From assembly GCA_965249245.1 (NCBI GenBank), contig CBDFLV010000006.1, positions 1,658,327 to 1,722,326 on the forward strand: a DNA stretch of 64,000 nucleotides, in the 5' to 3' direction. Shown here piece after piece: positions 19,459-27,309 of this stretch; within the stretch, counting starts at the first letter, position 1; each line of letters opens with the position of its first letter. Source of the DNA: Acidobacteriota bacterium. Its GTDB lineage: Bacteria; Acidobacteriota; UBA6911; RPQK01; CBDAPI01. The position numbers were made by a program, and so were the translations under genes. Under the pieces are notes generated by a model. That model did not search any database. It worked only from the letters and a program-made list of their open reading frames with translations, and had not been told where the DNA came from.

Positions 19459-20927
19459 GACCTCACCTCCCGGTTCTCGAGAAGGGTGTCGTAGAGGCCC
19501 ACGTCCATCTTCTCCACCATCACTTCCCAGGGTTCCACCACCGGATCGACAAGGCATTCTCGTAGTGCTTCAAAACGGATTCTTTGTCCCCGCTCAATCA
19601 ACACCTGAAGTGCCTCTCGCACCCGCTGTTCACCTTCCTGGGCAGCCACCTCGAGGATCTTCAGATATTGGCGATCCGCCGTGGCCGGACAATCTCGGCG
19701 CAGCTCGTCGTAGGCGACTCGAAACAAGATCCCCGGAAACAGATCCTCCCGCCAGCGATAGCGAGTAAACGCCCCCGGCTTGCGCACCAACGAATGGATC
19801 ACGTGCCGGTAGTCAATGCGATGCTTGCCTTCTCCTCGCAAGCGCGGCATCCGTGCCTGGCGCCGTCCTCCGTAGTAGGCCTCCACCTGATCCGCCCACA
19901 CCCGCACTTGAACGCGCTCGCCGATCAACCGGCTGTCCACCGAATAGGTGTTGTGGCGAACCCGGATCGTACTGCTGGGGGAGACTCTCACCCACTGCCG
20001 GGTGAAGTCATCCAGACGGCGTGCCGGCAACGGGCGCATCACTGCCAGCTCTTCTCCCAGGCGCTTTTGCCGGGCCGCATTGCGCCGGGACACAATCACC
20101 GCTACAAAGCCCTCGTACTCTTCCCGGCTGGAAAAATCACGGCTACACCGCAGCAGCAGTTCCTGCTCAATGGCCCGTTTCAAGCGGTGATGGGACTGTT
20201 CCACATCCCCGTTCTCGTGTGCCTTTCCTGCCTGAGTGCGACTGGAGCGCATCCCGAAGTGTCTCAGCAACGCTTGATAGCGCTCGGTGAACTCTTCCCG
20301 CTTCAGGTTCTTGACTGCCGCCGAGAGCCGGTCGGTCCGGTGCTCCTCGGGCAGCGCCCCCAACTCCCACAACGCGTTCTGAAGCCCCAGGCTGAGGCTC
20401 TCAAACGACTCACTGAAACACAGCGTGGTCGCTTCCCAGTTCGAGTAGGCCAACACGAAGTGGTACAGCAGATGGGGAAACGGCTGGCCCTGGATCGTCA
20501 CTCCGAGGCGCCCCATAAACGTGAAGTCCGATTGCGCTTGATGTCCCGGCTGATACTTCTGCGGGAACATCACCTCCTTCGCTTCTCCGTATTCTGCCTT
20601 CCACTGCTTGATCCTGCGCTGCAGCGTTCTCAACTGGCCTTGCTGGAAGGCCCCTTCCTGCTGACGACACAAATGATCGAACACCGCTTTTGCTTCCACC
20701 GTCGGCGATCGCTTCAGGATCTCTTTCACCTCCGGCCACACCGACTCGAACGGATCCGATCGAGTTCTCCAATACCGTTCCGGCTGACACTGGCTCGGTA
20801 GCTTTCCCGACTTCAGGTACTTGCGAGCTGTCTTTCGCGACATCCCCGCTTTGGCCGCCGCCATCGTTAGCGTCTTCTCGTTCTTCTTCAACTTTACTAA
20901 CCTCCGCACTTGCTGATCCTTAACCAT
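19455..20927 (-). CDS. istA: IS21 transposase IstA
   Basis: HTH SRKTARKY, QSDFT, HRTDR, HENGDVE, YSVDSRLIG motifs. Confidence 0.93.
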   Translation of the reverse strand: MVKDQQVRRLVKLKKNEKTLTMAAAKAGMSRKTARKYLKSGKLPSQCQPERYWRTRSDPFESVWPEVKEILKRSPTVEAKAVFDHLCRQQEGAFQQGQLRTLQRRIKQWKAEYGEAKEVMFPQKYQPGHQAQSDFTFMGRLGVTIQGQPFPHLLYHFVLAYSNWEATTLCFSESFESLSLGLQNALWELGALPEEHRTDRLSAAVKNLKREEFTERYQALLRHFGMRSSRTQAGKAHENGDVEQSHHRLKRAIEQELLLRCSRDFSSREEYEGFVAVIVSRRNAARQKRLGEELAVMRPLPARRLDDFTRQWVRVSPSSTIRVRHNTYSVDSRLIGERVQVRVWADQVEAYYGGRRQARMPRLRGEGKHRIDYRHVIHSLVRKPGAFTRYRWREDLFPGILFRVAYDELRRDCPATADRQYLKILEVAAQEGEQRVREALQVLIERGQRIRFEALRECLVDPVVEPWEVMVEKMDVGLYDTLLENREVRS

Positions 20928-21106
20928 GCCCTCATGGTCAGGATCAGCCCTGAAAAAGCGGGGAATTCCATTTGTCGTCGCGGGGAATTCTAACTGTCGC
21001 CAATCAAGGGGGTGAAGTCAGGCTGTTTTGACCTGGATTGGGTAAGCAGAAAATGACGGATTAGAGGAGCGCTGGTGGTTGAGGCCAGCCCTTGGTAGGA
21101 GAGGAG

Positions 21107-21373
21107 CTAGCGGAAGCGGGAGCCGTTGGCGTTGGCGATCCAGCGACGCAGGGCGACGCGGACGTTGTTGACGCGACTCAGCGGAGCGTTGTCGAAGTAC
21201 CAGCGGAAGGTTTTGATCTCTTCCAGGATGTCTACGTCGGGGAAGTCGGCGGTCAGTTCGGCAATGAAAGCCGCATCCAGCTCGGGGCGGTAAGGGTAAT
21301 CGGGCAGCTGCTCTTGCAGGTAGGCGAGGATCTTCTCGGGAGAGTTGTCGAAGAACATGTCGGCGCTATTCAC
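21107..21373 (-). CDS. Small hypothetical protein (88 aa) coupled to the AAA+ ATPase
   Basis: GTG start overlaps the ATPase stop; helical, acidic N-half and basic C-end (LEEIKTFRWY...VALRRWIANA). Confidence 0.7.
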   Translation of the reverse strand: MNSADMFFDNSPEKILAYLQEQLPDYPYRPELDAAFIAELTADFPDVDILEEIKTFRWYFDNAPLSRVNNVRVALRRWIANANGSRFR

Positions 21374-22164
21374 AGCTCGTCGGAGGCCCGGTAGATGTCC
21401 TCTTCGTCCAGAGTGGCCTTTTGCTCGAGCACGCCCCGGTTGAGCGCGGCCAGGCAGAGGCGGTTCAGCAGCCGGCAGACGCCGCCCGAAGTTTTGTAAA
21501 GGGCCAGGTAGGCCGAGTCGGTGAAGATGTCGGGTTTAGCTCCGGCCAGCTGGAGATGGTGGCAGACGTAGTTTTTGGTTTCGGCCTCATCCAGGGGAGG
21601 CAGCTTGTAGGAGAGTAGGATGCGCTGGTGGATGTTGCGGAACATGGGGCGCCCGAGCCGTCGGCCCAGGTCGGGATGACCGATCATGATCATGAGCAGG
21701 GGATCGATTGAATCCATCCTAAAATTAAGAAGTACAGGTATTTCGTCCAGTGTTTTGTCGGGCAGACACTGGCTCTCGTCGAGAATTAGAATCGGGGTCT
21801 TTTTGGCGTTCTCCACATAGTCGCGCACGGCCGTTTGCAGGTTTCGAAACAGAGTGGACTTGCGGCTGGAGGGCTCACCGCCGAACTCGCTGTTGAGCTG
21901 GGCCCAAAAATCCAGGGGAGTGACCGTCGACAGGGGCACGTAGAAGAGCTTGTAGACGGAGGAGTTGAGTTGCTCGACGAAGGCGCGCACGGCGGCCGTT
22001 TTGCCGGTTCCGGCCTCCCCCAGCACGAGCATCAGCCCCAGACGGGTACGCATGTAGTCCAGGCGCCGGGCGAGTTCGTCAAAGGCCGCAGTGGGGAGCA
22101 GTTTCTGGGCCGGGATGTCCTTGGCGAAGGGAGTGTCGGAGAAGCCGTAAAAAGTGTGGATCAC
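21370..22164 (-). CDS. ExeA-family AAA+ ATPase (TnsC/MuB-like helper)
   Basis: Walker A GEAGTGKT, Walker B ILDESQ, IGHPDL, QRI, SGGVCRLLN motifs. Confidence 0.88.
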   Translation of the reverse strand: MIHTFYGFSDTPFAKDIPAQKLLPTAAFDELARRLDYMRTRLGLMLVLGEAGTGKTAAVRAFVEQLNSSVYKLFYVPLSTVTPLDFWAQLNSEFGGEPSSRKSTLFRNLQTAVRDYVENAKKTPILILDESQCLPDKTLDEIPVLLNFRMDSIDPLLMIMIGHPDLGRRLGRPMFRNIHQRILLSYKLPPLDEAETKNYVCHHLQLAGAKPDIFTDSAYLALYKTSGGVCRLLNRLCLAALNRGVLEQKATLDEEDIYRASDEL

Positions 22165-23414
22165 GATTCATCCTCCTCGTCGGGAAGGGAAAAACGGGGT
22201 CTTCGGGGGGAAGTGGCGTTTTGGGCGGCGTCGACCCGGTGCAGACGCACCACCGGCTGGTCGTCTTCGAAGAGAAACAGCTCACTGGGACGTCCTTCGG
22301 GATGGCGGATCTCGATGCGCAGGCCAGTGTATTGGGGCGGCACTTCCCAGAGCCGGCGGGCGATGGAGACGGTGCAGTCGTTGCGGACGGTGCGGTGCAA
22401 CGTGCGGTAAAAGACCCGGTCCAACTCGGCCCGGCTGACCGTACGGCGGCGAATGGAGGCGAGCGAGCGCAGGTAACGCTCCAGTGGCGTCTCACAGATG
22501 CTCGAGTGGCGGCGCCGGTGATAGTCCTGCTCCAGCCACTGAGACAAGCGAGCATTGAGATCGTCGAGGGTCAAGGCCTCGAGATCGAGAAGGCTTAGAA
22601 AACCCTGGCGCAGGGTGCGAAACCAGCGCTCGATTTTTCCGCGCGAAGGACTGTCATAGGGCTTGGAATGCACCAGAGCCACACCCAGACGGGCGCAGGC
22701 CAAGGTGAGTTGTTTGGAGGAGAAGGCCGAGCCGTTGTCACAGTAAAGGATCTGGGGTAAACCATGGCGCGAGAAGGCTTTTTGGAGTGCCGAGACGACC
22801 ACTGCGGAGTTTCCCCGGGTGTAGAAGCGGGCCAGGGTCAGGAAGCGGGAATGGTCATCGATGGCTGCAGCCAGGTAGGTTTTGCGGCGGCGGCGGCCGA
22901 GAGGCACCTTGGGGCCGTGCATAAAATCCATCACCCACAGATCGTTGGCGTGGGGTTTTTCGAAGTGCTTGCGGGCCTTGGGCGCCGGCTTGACCTGGGG
23001 CCGCAGACCGGCCCGCTTGATGTGACGACGCAAAGTGGATTCGGAGATGCGGCGCGAAGTGATGTGGCCCGAGGCCACCAGCTGTTCACGGAGTCGGTTG
23101 ACCGGCACCCGGGGATGGCGGGCCAGCAGCTCGGAGATGTGGGCGCTCAGCTGCTCGGAGATGACCCGGCTTCGGCCCGCATCGCAACGCCGCTTGGGCA
23201 AGAGTCCGTCGAGTCCTTCTTGGCGGTAGCGGCGCAACCAGCTCTTGAAAGTGGCGACTGAGTAGCGGCGTCTGCCCAGACCCGGCACATCCAGCTCTTT
23301 TCGGGCCATGCGGCCGAAGTAACGGGCTTGGCTGCCGGCGGCGGCGTGCAGCACCGGCGCGATGACGCCGTAGCGGAACAGCGCCACGGCCTGGCGTTTT
23401 TGTTTTCCCTTCAT
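22161..23414 (-). CDS. DDE transposase with Mu-transposase-like C-terminal domain
   Basis: ALFRYGVIAP, WVMDFM, IDDHSR, YCDNG, RGKIERWF, WEVP motifs. Confidence 0.88.
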   Translation of the reverse strand: MKGKQKRQAVALFRYGVIAPVLHAAAGSQARYFGRMARKELDVPGLGRRRYSVATFKSWLRRYRQEGLDGLLPKRRCDAGRSRVISEQLSAHISELLARHPRVPVNRLREQLVASGHITSRRISESTLRRHIKRAGLRPQVKPAPKARKHFEKPHANDLWVMDFMHGPKVPLGRRRRKTYLAAAIDDHSRFLTLARFYTRGNSAVVVSALQKAFSRHGLPQILYCDNGSAFSSKQLTLACARLGVALVHSKPYDSPSRGKIERWFRTLRQGFLSLLDLEALTLDDLNARLSQWLEQDYHRRRHSSICETPLERYLRSLASIRRRTVSRAELDRVFYRTLHRTVRNDCTVSIARRLWEVPPQYTGLRIEIRHPEGRPSELFLFEDDQPVVRLHRVDAAQNATSPRRPRFSLPDEEDES

Positions 23415-23585
23415 CCTGAGGCTCCTTTGGCCAACCCTTTGTGCCACAACCCTACCGCTGGGCCCCTATCACGCAGTGTGGAGGATCGATTCTTGTCATG
23501 ACGCGGCTGCCAGCCGGGTCCAAACAACGTGGCGCAAAAAGGGGATTGAGCGACTTGTGCTGCAGACACAGCGGATGCCGGTGAG

Positions 23586-24222
23586 TCAGCCCGTCAGCAA
23601 GCCAGAGCGGGGCCCGAGAGCCAATCGTAGGTCGAACAGCAGGTGGGGGAAGTAACGCCGATGAAAACGCAGCACCACTCGGGGTGGAGAGCCTCGGGGC
23701 TGGGCCGCCAGCAGCGCGGCCACCTGCTGGGCCTGCCGCCGCACCCCTTGGACGGCTCCGGGCAACTCGACCTCGGCCACCGGAAAAGAGAGCAGTCGCC
23801 CATAGACGGCCGCCAACAGCAGCAGCATGCGGTGCAGCGTCAACTCCTCCAACAGCACAGCTTCCTCACCTTGGCTGCCGGCCGTGGCCACCTCGTCCAG
23901 CGCTTGGCGCATCGTCCGTTTGCCGTTCACCACCACTTCGACCATCCAGCTCATCAACCCCAGGCTGAAGCGTCGGCGCGGCACCACTTGAGCCGGCAGC
24001 ACGCTGAAGGTGACATCTCGTGGCTGATCCGGGCCCCCCCCGCCGGCAGCGGAAGCGAGCCACTGGAAACCGTTGATAGGTCCGCCCCTCCTCATCCACC
24101 AAGCACCTGAAATACAGACCGTGGCGTACGGCGCATTCACTTCCCCGGCACAGCGGACAGCGGTCCCGGTAGTCGGGCAACAGCTCGTACAGCCCCAGTC
24201 CCAGAGAGGAAAGACTTGACAA
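23586..24222 (-). pseudogene. DUF6431-like Zn-finger protein, frameshifted at a G8 tract
   Basis: CPLC...HGLYFR...RFRC then, after removing one G from the run at 24034-24041, GGPDQPRDVTFSVLP. Confidence 0.75.
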
Positions 24223-24440
24223 AGACCTGTCTTGGAAGCGATCCTGAATCTGAAGTTTGTCTTCGAAAAGCCGGGAGTTATCCGAAGCTCAAACCACGGG
24301 CTCCCGGCTGCTCCTTTCCCTTCTTCTCCGCAGCCAAGACAGCTGTCACACTGTCATATTCTTTTCACCCGCTGCGGGCTAAGACAATCTATACAATTCC
24401 GGCTGCAAAAGGCAGAGAAGTTTGTGACGTATTACACCCC

Positions 24441-24519
24441 CAACCTTCAACCTCCAACCTCCAACCTTCAACCTTCAACCTCCAACCTTCAACCTCCAAC
24501 CTTTCAACCTTTGAACCCT
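24441..24519. repeat. Intergenic CAACCTY heptamer array (8 heptamers, 2 octamers, 1 degenerate unit)
   Basis: Read directly; immediately upstream of uvrC. Confidence 0.95.
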
Positions 24520-24549
24520 CAAGCAGAACCTCAAATATAATCAACTCGA

Positions 24550-26361
24550 ATGATCACTGAAGCTTTGCAGGCGAAGCTGGACAACTTGCCATCCAGCCCG
24601 GGAGTCTATCTTTTCAAGGACCGAACGGGAAAGAGCATCTATATCGGCAAGGCCAAGTCACTGCGGCACCGAGTGCGCTCCTATTTTCAACAGCAGCGAC
24701 TGATCGACCAGAAGACGGAAGTACTGAGAGGATACATTCGCGACCTCGATTACATTGTGACCGACAGCGAGGTGGAAGCGCTGATCCTGGAGAGTAATCT
24801 GGTCAAGAAGCAACAACCCCTGTTCAACGTTCACCTCAAAGACGACAAGTCTTTCCTGCACATCAAGCTGACCGTGAACGAGGACTTTCCCAGGGTTCTG
24901 CTGACGCGCAGAATTCTGAACGACGGGGCTCTCTATTTCGGGCCGTATCTCCCCGCCTCCCTGGCTCGCAATACGATCAAGATCATCAATCGTCATTTTC
25001 TCTTGCGGACCTGTGACATGGAGATCGACGGGCAACTCGAGCGGCCCTGTCTCGAGTACCACATCAAGCGTTGCCTGGGGCCATGCGTTGCCGGGCTCTG
25101 TTCCCCACAGGAGTACACGCGGTCGGTCGGCGACGTGATCCAACTACTGGAAGGGAAAATCAGCCCCCTGGTCAAGTCACTGCGCAGGAAGATGCTCCGT
25201 GCTGCCGAAGAAGAGAGGTTCGAGGCGGCGGCCTTTTACCGGGACCGAATGCGCATGGTTGGGGACCTGGCCGAGCAGCAGAAGATGATCGTCTCCGGGG
25301 TCACAGACGTGGACATCTTTGCCTATCATCGAGAGGGGCCCCGGGCGGCGCTGCAGCTGTTCACTCTGAGACACGGTCGGGTGGTGGGTAAACGCGAGTT
25401 TTTCTGGGCGAACCTCCAGTTCTTCAATCCGCCGGCCTTCCTGCGGGACGCAATCCAGCAGTACTATCTGAACACCGGTTTCGTTCCGGCCACCATTTAC
25501 CTCCCCGTCGAGATTGAAGATGAGCCGCTCATTCAGGAATGGCTCACTCGCAAATATGGCTCGCGGCGCGGTCGAAAAGTGCGGATCCATGTACCGAAGC
25601 GGGGAGAGAAACTGGATTTGGTGCTTCTGGTTGAGCGCAACGCCAGAATCGCCTTCGATTCGCGATTCAGAATCTTGAACTCCGACCGGTCTTCCATCCT
25701 TGCCGAGGTTCAGGAAGAACTCGATCTTCCGAAACCTCCCAGGAGAATCGAAGCATTTGACATCTCCAACATCCAGGGGGCTGAGACGGTCGCCTCCCTG
25801 GCCGTCTGCCTGGAAGCCCGGATGAGTCGAAAAGAGTATCGGAAGTTCAAGATCAAGAGTGTTGACGGACCAGACGACTACGCCTCCATCTATGAAGCCG
25901 TCCACCGCCGTTACAAGAGAGTGCTGTCTGAGGGACAGGACCTGCCGGACTTCATATTGATCGACGGCGGCCCGGGACAGTTACATGTTGCCTATCAGGC
26001 ACTGGCTGAGCTGGGCATTGAAGACCTTCCTCTGGCCAGCATTGCGAAAAAAGAAGAACTGATTCACGTCATGGGTCAGGAAGATGCCTTGCGCCTGGAG
26101 AAAAGTTCCCGAACCATTCGCCTGCTGCAGGAGATCCGAGATGAGGCCCACCGATTCGCCGTGACCTATCACCGCAAACGCCGTTCTCTGCGGGATTTTC
26201 ATTCCGTGTTGGACGACATCCCGGGAATCGGTCAGAAACGGAAGAAGCGACTGCTGCGCAGCTTCGGCAGTGTGGCCGCGATCAGGAGGGCCACCGAAAG
26301 GGAGCTGATCCCCTTTGTAGGTCCCAAGCTGGCCAGGGTAGTGAAGGAAGAACTATCCTAG
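24550..26361 (+). CDS. uvrC: Excinuclease ABC subunit C
   Basis: GIY-YIG (PGVYLF...YIGKAKSLR), Cys cluster, UVR domain, RIEAFDISN, IDGG, RDEAHRFA, HhH. Confidence 0.97.
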   Translation: MITEALQAKLDNLPSSPGVYLFKDRTGKSIYIGKAKSLRHRVRSYFQQQRLIDQKTEVLRGYIRDLDYIVTDSEVEALILESNLVKKQQPLFNVHLKDDKSFLHIKLTVNEDFPRVLLTRRILNDGALYFGPYLPASLARNTIKIINRHFLLRTCDMEIDGQLERPCLEYHIKRCLGPCVAGLCSPQEYTRSVGDVIQLLEGKISPLVKSLRRKMLRAAEEERFEAAAFYRDRMRMVGDLAEQQKMIVSGVTDVDIFAYHREGPRAALQLFTLRHGRVVGKREFFWANLQFFNPPAFLRDAIQQYYLNTGFVPATIYLPVEIEDEPLIQEWLTRKYGSRRGRKVRIHVPKRGEKLDLVLLVERNARIAFDSRFRILNSDRSSILAEVQEELDLPKPPRRIEAFDISNIQGAETVASLAVCLEARMSRKEYRKFKIKSVDGPDDYASIYEAVHRRYKRVLSEGQDLPDFILIDGGPGQLHVAYQALAELGIEDLPLASIAKKEELIHVMGQEDALRLEKSSRTIRLLQEIRDEAHRFAVTYHRKRRSLRDFHSVLDDIPGIGQKRKKRLLRSFGSVAAIRRATERELIPFVGPKLARVVKEELS

Positions 26362-26395
26362 GCGCTCGCCGGGCCGCGCCTTTTTCAGGTTCCAC

Positions 26396-26430
26396 GAACT
26401 TTGAACCTTCAACTTTCAACTTTCAACTTA
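26396..26430. repeat. Five heptamers (SAACYTT) between uvrC and yjjX
   Basis: gaacttt gaacctt caacttt caacttt caactta. Confidence 0.85.
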
Positions 26431-27006
26431 CGATCGGTAGGCTTCGGGATTGTAAAAGGGTGCAAAGGCCGCGATCAGGGCCACGACGAAGGAGTGCTGC
26501 CGATTGATAATGTCGCGCGTCAGGACACCCCACACGCCTTGCTGGCTGCTAACATCGCGCTGCTGAGCAAACAGGTCGATGACGATTCCCAGCTCTATAC
26601 CCCGATCGATGACCTGCGCTGAGATAGTCGGTGGGACATAGATTCCGCCTCCGTGTCCGAAGAACCCCAGGTGTCCGTCCGAAACAAACGCCCAGCTCTC
26701 CAGAAACACCTGGCGTCGCGCTTCCCGGGGATCGACGACATTGAACCCCCCCTCCAGTCCGACGTAGAAATCAGCTTCAGCTTTCTCCCGCTTGAGCTGT
26801 AACATGAGGCGGTCTGCCCGCTCCTGGGCTCCCGTCATCAGCTGTTCAACGGCAACCGGCATGTCCGGGACCTGGGTGGGAACATCAAAGGGAGCGAACT
26901 CGACCTCTTCGTCACCCGAGGTCACAATCTTTGACGAAAAGATGTCCCAGGCCTCTTTGACAGCCTCGACTTTAGGAGCTCGAGTGCTCCCAATCGCGAT
27001 TCTCAT
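26428..27006 (-). CDS. yjjX: Inosine/xanthosine triphosphatase (DUF84)
   Basis: IGSTRAPKVEAV, GAQERA, VGLEGG, GVWGVLT motifs. Confidence 0.85.
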   Translation of the reverse strand: MRIAIGSTRAPKVEAVKEAWDIFSSKIVTSGDEEVEFAPFDVPTQVPDMPVAVEQLMTGAQERADRLMLQLKREKAEADFYVGLEGGFNVVDPREARRQVFLESWAFVSDGHLGFFGHGGGIYVPPTISAQVIDRGIELGIVIDLFAQQRDVSSQQGVWGVLTRDIINRQHSFVVALIAAFAPFYNPEAYRS

Positions 27007-27114
27007 GTGGGGCGAAGTGTAGCGTCGCGATCTGACGCTGAAGCTCCTGATTTCGGGCCGGCAAAGCCACTCTGGGTTAAGGCCCTTCAGACCTGATAGA
27101 GGGTCAAGAGCTGC

Positions 27115-27295
27115 TATCCCGGATTATTCATAAGTTTTCGTAGCGAAGCGGGGGAAGACCCGTTCTGACAAGGCTTGCGACCGAGGCCCCCGGAGGCGTA
27201 CTCGTGCAGTACGCCGAGGAGGCCGACCGAGCGTAACGCAGTCAGGGCGGGAGATTCTCACGCTGCAGTAGAAAATTTATGAATCATCCGGGTTA
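27115..27295. mobile_element. 181-bp MITE-like element
   Basis: 25-bp TIR with 22/25 match (TATCCCGGATTATTCATAAGTTTTC versus GAAAATTTATGAATCATCCGGGTTA); internal GGCGTACT/AGTACGCC hairpin; last 68 bp recur at 57463-57530. Confidence 0.75.
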
Positions 27296-27309
27296 TAATC
27301 CCAAAAGAT

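Larger units (their letters stand above)
18337..21006 (-). mobile_element. IS21-family element, copy 1 (2670 bp)
   Basis: TGAT...ATCA termini with repeated GAATTCCC(C) motifs; 6-bp TSD AGGGGG (18331-18336, 21007-21012). Confidence 0.95.
21107..24222 (-). mobile_element. Four-gene DUF6431 / DDE transposase / ExeA-like AAA+ / small-protein element; ends undefined
   Basis: Co-oriented genes, the last three linked by GTGA overlaps; only a weak 14/18 inverted repeat candidate (21040-21057 versus 24353-24370) and no TSD. Confidence 0.75.

Noticed and set aside
21040-24370. GGGTAAGCAGAAAATGAC and GTCATATTCTTTTCACCC as the termini of the four-gene element
   Set aside because: Only 14/18 match, without TG...CA ends or a TSD; kept as a weak candidate and not called.
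24216-24560. ORFs with PSTSNLQ/PPTSNLQ repeats
   Set aside because: These are translations of the heptamer array, with no RBS or family similarity.
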